DNA of 64,000 bases from a virus (Duplodnaviria; Caudoviricetes): positions 1-64,000 of the IMG/VR virus record IMGVR_UViG_3300030330_003356; one strand, given 5' to 3'. The position numbers and the translations under genes were made by a program. The notes below the pieces were generated by a model. That model was not told where the DNA came from and ran no database searches. It saw only the letters and a list, made by a program, of their open reading frames with translations. Below, piece after piece: positions 59,123-64,000 of this stretch. Positions within the stretch are counted from its first letter, which is position 1. Every line of letters begins with the position of its first letter.

Positions 59123-59638
59123 ATGACTTCTTGGAGTTTTCTTTACGACGCTATGTCTGAACAACAAAATGAAGATGTTATTCTGTCGAGTAACATCAGT
59201 GAAGCATCGGAATCTGATTACATCGATTTCTGGGGAGGAATTGGTGCAGCAGACACAGTTCCTTTTGAACTGTATGGTGCAGGACAAGATACTATTTCCC
59301 TTGAAATTCCTGATCTTCCCGATACTCCTAAAAATGACAATGGTTTCTGGAAGTATCATGAGGATGTGATCCTCAAAGAGATTCGTGAATATCTGGGCGG
59401 AACTTATCGTTCACATTATGCTGCCCAGGACTCTAAAACTCAGACACTTGATCTGATTGAAGGTATTGGTGATGCAGAACCTTTCTGTCGTTCCAATGCT
59501 ATCAAGTACCTTTCTCGCTTCGGTAAAAAGAATGGCAAGTCGAAGCAAGATATCTTGAAAGCAATTCACTATTGCATTCTTCTCTATCACTTCGCTGGCC
59601 TTTGTAATGAAAATACGCAACCCTATGAAACTTTCTGA
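59123..59638 (+). CDS. DUF3310-like protein with acidic N-terminal extension
   Basis: HY...FCRSNAIKYLSRFGKKNG...DILKAIHY; start codon uncertain. Confidence 0.75.
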   Translation: MTSWSFLYDAMSEQQNEDVILSSNISEASESDYIDFWGGIGAADTVPFELYGAGQDTISLEIPDLPDTPKNDNGFWKYHEDVILKEIREYLGGTYRSHYAAQDSKTQTLDLIEGIGDAEPFCRSNAIKYLSRFGKKNGKSKQDILKAIHYCILLYHFAGLCNENTQPYETF

Positions 59639-60290
59639 TTCTACTCTTTCTCTTCTCAAGAACTTTTCTTCTATCAATCAGTCGATTCTTTTCAAAGAGG
59701 GTAGCAAACTTCGCACTATCAGTGTGATGAAAAATATTCTCGCAGAAGCAACTGTTAATGAAGAGTTTGCTCGCGACTTTGGCATCTATGATCTCAACCA
59801 GTTCCTCAATGGTTTGAGTCTGCACCAAAAACCTGAACTTGACTTCGCTAATGATGGTTATGTGGTGATCCGAGAAGGACGTTCTCGCTCAAAGTATTTC
59901 TTTGCTGATCCTTCTGTCATTGTCACTCCTCCCGACAAAGAGATTACACTTCCTAGTGAAGATGTCTGCTTTGAACTCACCACCACTGTCCTTGAGAAAC
60001 TTCTGAAGGCAGCGGCTGTCTATCAACTCCCTGATATCTCTGCTGTTGGTGAAGCAGGTGTTGTGAAGTTGGTTGTTCGTGATAAGAAGAACGACACATC
60101 TAACGCTCACGAAGAAGTTGTTGGTGAAACTGATGCCACCTTTAACTTCAACTTCAAGGTTGAGAACATCAAGATTCTTCCTGGAACTTATGAAGTTGTT
60201 GTGTCTCAGAAACTCCTGTCTCGATTCACCAGCAAGAATCACGATCTGACTTACTACATTGCACTGGAACCCGATTCCACTTTTGGTTGA
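59625..60290 (+). CDS. gp45: sliding clamp gp45
   Basis: MKLSDSTLSLLKNFSSINQSI, FGIYDLNQFL, YYIALE. Confidence 0.96.
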   Translation: MKLSDSTLSLLKNFSSINQSILFKEGSKLRTISVMKNILAEATVNEEFARDFGIYDLNQFLNGLSLHQKPELDFANDGYVVIREGRSRSKYFFADPSVIVTPPDKEITLPSEDVCFELTTTVLEKLLKAAAVYQLPDISAVGEAGVVKLVVRDKKNDTSNAHEEVVGETDATFNFNFKVENIKILPGTYEVVVSQKLLSRFTSKNHDLTYYIALEPDSTFG

Positions 60291-60306
60291 TTAAACCTTT
60301 TACATT

Positions 60307-61251
60307 ATGCGTGATGAATTTCTGTGGGTGGAAAAATACCGCCCACGTAAAATTGAAGAGTGTATACTTCCTGACAATATCAAAAAAACGTTCCTTGACT
60401 TCCTAGATAAAGGAGAGGTGCCTAATCTTCTTCTTGCAGGCCCCGCAGGTTGTGGCAAGACGACGGTTGCAAAGGCGCTTTGTACTGAACTTGGGGTAGA
60501 CTATTATGTCATCAATGGATCCGATGAGGGACGATTCCTTGATACTGTCCGAAATAATGCGAAGAATTTCGCTTCGACCGTCTCACTTGCGTCAACTGCA
60601 AAACACAAAGTCATCATCATTGATGAGGCAGATAACACAACCAATGATGTACAACTCCTCCTACGGGCGTTTATTGAGGAGTTTAGTGCAAACTGCAGAT
60701 TCATCTTTACCTGCAACTACAAAAACAAAATCGTTGAACCACTCCACTCTCGATGTGCAGTCGTCGAGTTTGGAATCAAAGGAAAAGAGAAGCAGCAAAT
60801 TGCTGCAGGATTCTTCAAACGTCTCCAAGAAATCTTGGGTGCAGAAGGTGTTGAATATGATAACAAGGTCCTGGTAGAATTAATCAACAAACATTTTCCT
60901 GATTGGCGTCGAGTTCTAAATGAAATACAGCGATACTCGTCGGGTGGAGCGATCGACGCTGGAATCCTGGCAACGTTTTCAGATGTTAAAGTTAACAACC
61001 TTATCTCAAACCTTAAACAAAAGAACTTCCCTGAAGTTCGGAAGTGGGTGGTGGATAATCTGGACAATGATTCTGGTGTACTTATGCGTCGTATTTACGA
61101 TGCTCTTTATACATCCTTGGCAAACTCTAGTATTCCTGCTGCTGTGCTTATCATTGCTAAGTATCAGTATCAGATTGCCTTCGTTGCGGATCAAGAAATA
61201 AACTTGCTGGCTTGTCTGACTGAGATTATGGTGGAGTGTGAATTCAAATGA
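60307..61251 (+). CDS. gp44: clamp loader large subunit gp44
   Basis: WVEKYRP, GPAGCGKTT, IIDEAD, SRC. Confidence 0.97.
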   Translation: MRDEFLWVEKYRPRKIEECILPDNIKKTFLDFLDKGEVPNLLLAGPAGCGKTTVAKALCTELGVDYYVINGSDEGRFLDTVRNNAKNFASTVSLASTAKHKVIIIDEADNTTNDVQLLLRAFIEEFSANCRFIFTCNYKNKIVEPLHSRCAVVEFGIKGKEKQQIAAGFFKRLQEILGAEGVEYDNKVLVELINKHFPDWRRVLNEIQRYSSGGAIDAGILATFSDVKVNNLISNLKQKNFPEVRKWVVDNLDNDSGVLMRRIYDALYTSLANSSIPAAVLIIAKYQYQIAFVADQEINLLACLTEIMVECEFK

Positions 61252-61436
61252 CAGAGCAGGAATTAGAACGAGAAAGATGTGTTGATGACGACTATGAAGT
61301 TGTCAATAATTACTATCGTGCTAAATATTGGCACCCAAATATTCCATTCTATCTACAAGATGAGAATGGAGATACTTATGAGTTTGGGTGGAAATTAATT
61401 TATGAGTATATCGCTAACTTAAATGATACTGACTGA
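61248..61436 (+). CDS. hypothetical protein (62 aa)
   Basis: ORF overlapping the gp44 stop (ATGA). Confidence 0.65.
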   Translation: MTEQELERERCVDDDYEVVNNYYRAKYWHPNIPFYLQDENGDTYEFGWKLIYEYIANLNDTD

Positions 61437-62487
61437 GAGTGATGCGGTTTATGCCGCAGATAAATTTATTAATTATTATACTCAGTTCAATCGTATTGAT
61501 GATTATCTAAGGCACATCAAAGAAGATAGAGGTGAGAACAGATCAGGATATCTTCCTGGTTTTGGTGCAGACTCAGACATGTTTGACAAGTTTGACATGC
61601 ACCCTAATGACATGAATTTTGAAGTTCATGTTGTTGATACTGATGCAAAAAGTCGTTCAAAGTATAATCAGTGGCTCTATTCAGAGACGCTGAATTTGAC
61701 TGCATCTAATCCTATTGAAGAAGCAATTCCTGGTAGGACACATAAATGGATTGTAGTTGAAACAAACACAGACAAGGTTGTTGGTGTTGTGAGGTTTGGT
61801 TCACCCACAATCAATAGTAAACCTCGCAATAATTACTTTGGTGAAGTCAAGTCTCTTGGTGATATTAATGCTCATTTCGTTATGGGTTTCAATATCGTTC
61901 CTACTCAACCTTTCGGATACAATTATCTCGGTGGTAAGTTGCTTGCACTTCTAGCATCATCAAAAGAACTGAAGCAACAGTTTGATGAGAAGTATGGAAC
62001 AGATCTTAAATACTTTGAGACTACATCTCTCTATGGAACCACTAAGGGTGTGTCAATGTATGATGGACTCAAACCGTTCCTAAGGCATATTGGAGATACT
62101 GAGAGTAAGTTCTTACCACTGTTTCATGATGATGTGTTTAGAGACTTCTTCTGGTGGTTCAACGAACGTAACGGTGGAGAGCGTTTGATTTCTGCTGATA
62201 AGTCCTCAAAGAAACTGAAGATTCAAGTCAAGATGATTTCTATCATCAAGAACTCTTTGAAGGATGATGACAAACTAAAGCAGTTCAACGATTGCATTGA
62301 TCATGCAATGTCTCTTACAGAAAAGAAAAGATATTATCTTGGAGACTTCCGTCACACTTCTGAAGAAGTAATCACCTGGTGGAAGAAGAAAGCATCCAAG
62401 CGTTTTGAAAAACTTAAGTCTGAAGACAGAGTAAGAACTGAACTTGAGATTTGGGGATCTACAGAAAATATGGAGATCATTAGATAA
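61423..62487 (+). CDS. DUF4338 / Druantia DruA-like protein
   Basis: PGRTHKWIV...VGVVRFGSP...PRNNYFG...PFGYNYLGGKLLALL matches the DUF4338 pattern as I recall it. Confidence 0.6.
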   Translation: MILTESDAVYAADKFINYYTQFNRIDDYLRHIKEDRGENRSGYLPGFGADSDMFDKFDMHPNDMNFEVHVVDTDAKSRSKYNQWLYSETLNLTASNPIEEAIPGRTHKWIVVETNTDKVVGVVRFGSPTINSKPRNNYFGEVKSLGDINAHFVMGFNIVPTQPFGYNYLGGKLLALLASSKELKQQFDEKYGTDLKYFETTSLYGTTKGVSMYDGLKPFLRHIGDTESKFLPLFHDDVFRDFFWWFNERNGGERLISADKSSKKLKIQVKMISIIKNSLKDDDKLKQFNDCIDHAMSLTEKKRYYLGDFRHTSEEVITWWKKKASKRFEKLKSEDRVRTELEIWGSTENMEIIR

Positions 62488-62855
62488 TGGAACTCAAAGA
62501 TTGGTTGAACTCTATCAACTTTACAAAAGAAGATTTGTCTGAGGACATGAAGTCCTACCCACCATATATCGTCAATCGTTGCTTATCTGGACATATTGAT
62601 TGTGTATTGTTCGCTAATGAGATGAACAAGAATCACTTTCTTGATAAAGATATGCAATATAAATTTTATCTAAATAGTCTGAGGAAAAAGAAGAGATTTT
62701 CTCCCTGGCTCCGTAAGGATAAAGTCACGGATCTCGAAAGTGTCAAACAATACTATGGTTATAGTAATGAGAAGGCATGTCAAGCTCTGAAAATCCTGAC
62801 ACAAGAACAGATTAACTTTATTAAAAAACGACTTGACGTTGGAGGAACAAAATGA
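62487..62855 (+). CDS. gp62: clamp loader small subunit gp62
   Basis: YPPYIVNRCLS, FANEMN, QYYGYSNEKA; precedes regA. Confidence 0.93.
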   Translation: MELKDWLNSINFTKEDLSEDMKSYPPYIVNRCLSGHIDCVLFANEMNKNHFLDKDMQYKFYLNSLRKKKRFSPWLRKDKVTDLESVKQYYGYSNEKACQALKILTQEQINFIKKRLDVGGTK

Positions 62856-63295
62856 GTAATACTGTGGAACCTCAGTATCACTGGACTCAGGATCAGATGA
62901 TCGAAGTCCTACTTAATGAACCAGATGATTTCCTAAAGGTAAGAGAGACACTGACAAGAATTGGAGTTGCTTCTAGGAAAGAGAAGAAACTTTATCAGTC
63001 TTGTCACATTCTTCATAAGCAGGGCAAGTATTATATTGTCCACTTTAAGGAATTGTTTGCTCTGGATGGAAAGCACGCCAATCTTTCTATCAATGATGTT
63101 CAGCGCCGCAATCGTATTGTCCGTCTGCTTTCGGACTGGGGATTGATCTCTATCGTCGATGAAGATACGGTTCTTGACATCGCCCCTCTGAACCAAATCA
63201 AAGTTCTTTCTTACAAGGACAAGGGTGAGTGGATTCTTGAGCAGAAATATAATATTGGTAAGAAAGGCAAAGAGAATGCTCAACAAACTGAATAA
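62852..63295 (+). CDS. regA: translational repressor RegA
   Basis: DDFLKVRETLTRIG, CHILHKQGKYYIVHFKELFALDG. Confidence 0.97.
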   Translation: MSNTVEPQYHWTQDQMIEVLLNEPDDFLKVRETLTRIGVASRKEKKLYQSCHILHKQGKYYIVHFKELFALDGKHANLSINDVQRRNRIVRLLSDWGLISIVDEDTVLDIAPLNQIKVLSYKDKGEWILEQKYNIGKKGKENAQQTE

Positions 63296-63302
63296 AATCA
63301 AG

Positions 63303-63325
63303 GGAGGTTGACACCTCCTTTTTTT
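63303..63325 (+). terminator. intrinsic terminator after regA
   Basis: GGAGGT-TGAC-ACCTCC followed by a T-run. Confidence 0.85.
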
Positions 63326-63335
63326 GTGCTATATT
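63308..63335 (+). promoter_or_regulatory. sigma70-like promoter embedded in the regA terminator
   Basis: TTGACA (63308-63313), 16-nt spacer, TG-c-TATATT (63327-63335). Confidence 0.55.
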
Positions 63336-63399
63336 AACTAAGTAACCTCCCACAACCACCTCTTGGTTAGTGGTTTTCGTATTTACACCGAGGTAAATT

Positions 63400-64000
63400 G
63401 TGACTGTTAAAAGAAGTGATGGGACTACTGTACCCTTCCTACCGATTAAAGAAAGTGGAGACATCAATGCATATTGGATGCCATATGATGAATACGCTAA
63501 TCTTCCTGAAGTATTTTGTCAACGTAATACTGAAGGTCGTTTAAGTAAAGCAATAAAACATCTTGCTAAACTTCTCCCTGAACATTGTGTTGTTTTTGTT
63601 GCAAAACTGACTGAAAAGGATGAACTTTTTGGAAAGAAATATCCTGCTGGATATCTTTGGAGAATCGATTCTAATACTAGGGCGCTGAACTGGGAACGAG
63701 GTGGATCTGATTGTATTCCTAAAGATTTGCTAGTAATTGAGTATTCTTTTCCTTCATGCGAAAGAATTCGTGAATCTTATAACACTTTTGATTCTCCTGA
63801 TAGTGTAGAAAGAAATCAGGAAAAACTTTATGGAATTCTGCAAGGAATGTATCGATACACTCCGCAGAATGATAAAATGATCAAAGGACAAATTCTTTGT
63901 GCTCTGAACAAAGCATGTCATTTTTATTTTCCTGATACCTGGAATCAGCAAAATATTAGAACATCTGAGCTTCCTGGCCAGGTTGGTGCTTTCTTGGAGG
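63400..64000 (+). CDS. hypothetical protein truncated by the window end, possibly ParB/Srx (DGQHR/DndB-like) fold
   Basis: GTG start after a GAGGT SD; hand translation is open for 200 codons to the window end; contains FCQRNT and WRIDSNTR. Absent from the track because there is no stop. Confidence 0.7.
   Translation, partial: MTVKRSDGTTVPFLPIKESGDINAYWMPYDEYANLPEVFCQRNTEGRLSKAIKHLAKLLPEHCVVFVAKLTEKDELFGKKYPAGYLWRIDSNTRALNWERGGSDCIPKDLLVIEYSFPSCERIRESYNTFDSPDSVERNQEKLYGILQGMYRYTPQNDKMIKGQILCALNKACHFYFPDTWNQQNIRTSELPGQVGAFLE

Noticed and set aside
1489-63951. Many minus-strand and alternate-frame ORFs in the track (e.g. 54099-54665, 57855-58616, 58358-58891, 2247-2594, 36309-36551)
   Set aside because: They lie wholly over well-supported + strand genes and have no recognisable motifs, so they are shadow ORFs. 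The alternate-frame 2247-2594 ORF is displaced by the GT gene and the 49-aa ORF.
1-64000. CRISPR array, tRNA, rRNA, integrase or transposase
   Set aside because: I saw no repeat-spacer array, cloverleaf with a T-loop, rRNA or recombinase motif. A tRNAscan/Infernal run would be needed to exclude them formally.

Overview
A 64-kb segment of a T4-like cyanophage (Kyanoviridae-type myovirus; the lineage is inferred from gene content and order, not from a database search). All credible genes are on the + strand. The order is: a short early-type island with sigma70-like promoters and small ORFs (1-3.2 kb, including a GT-A-fold glycosyltransferase); the baseplate module gp25-gp6-gp7 (4068 aa)-gp8 plus a 2486-aa DUF4815/VrlC-like protein; neck and tail genes gp13-gp15; gp16, four inserted genes, gp17; gp18-gp23 and gp3; uvsY, uvsW, gp55, gp47, gp46; a MoxR AAA+/VWA ('cobS/cobT') pair; gp45, gp44, a DUF4338/DruA-like gene, gp62, regA; and a truncated ParB/DGQHR-like ORF. 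I found no tRNA, rRNA, CRISPR array, intein or intron. Best leads: (1) a G-[IVLM]-[GA]-[ST] motif recurring across virion proteins, possibly an O-glycosylation sequon, beside a phage glycosyltransferase; (2) a 611-aa ORF built like a polyprotein of basic modules separated by prohead-protease-type (I/L/V)-x-E sites; (3) a 58-aa NblA-like ORF below the ORF-track cutoff; (4) back-to-back sigma70 promoters sharing one -35 palindrome upstream of gp55; (5) a promoter-anchored structured non-coding segment at about 1.06-1.19 kb. All product calls come from motif recognition and synteny and need HMM confirmation.
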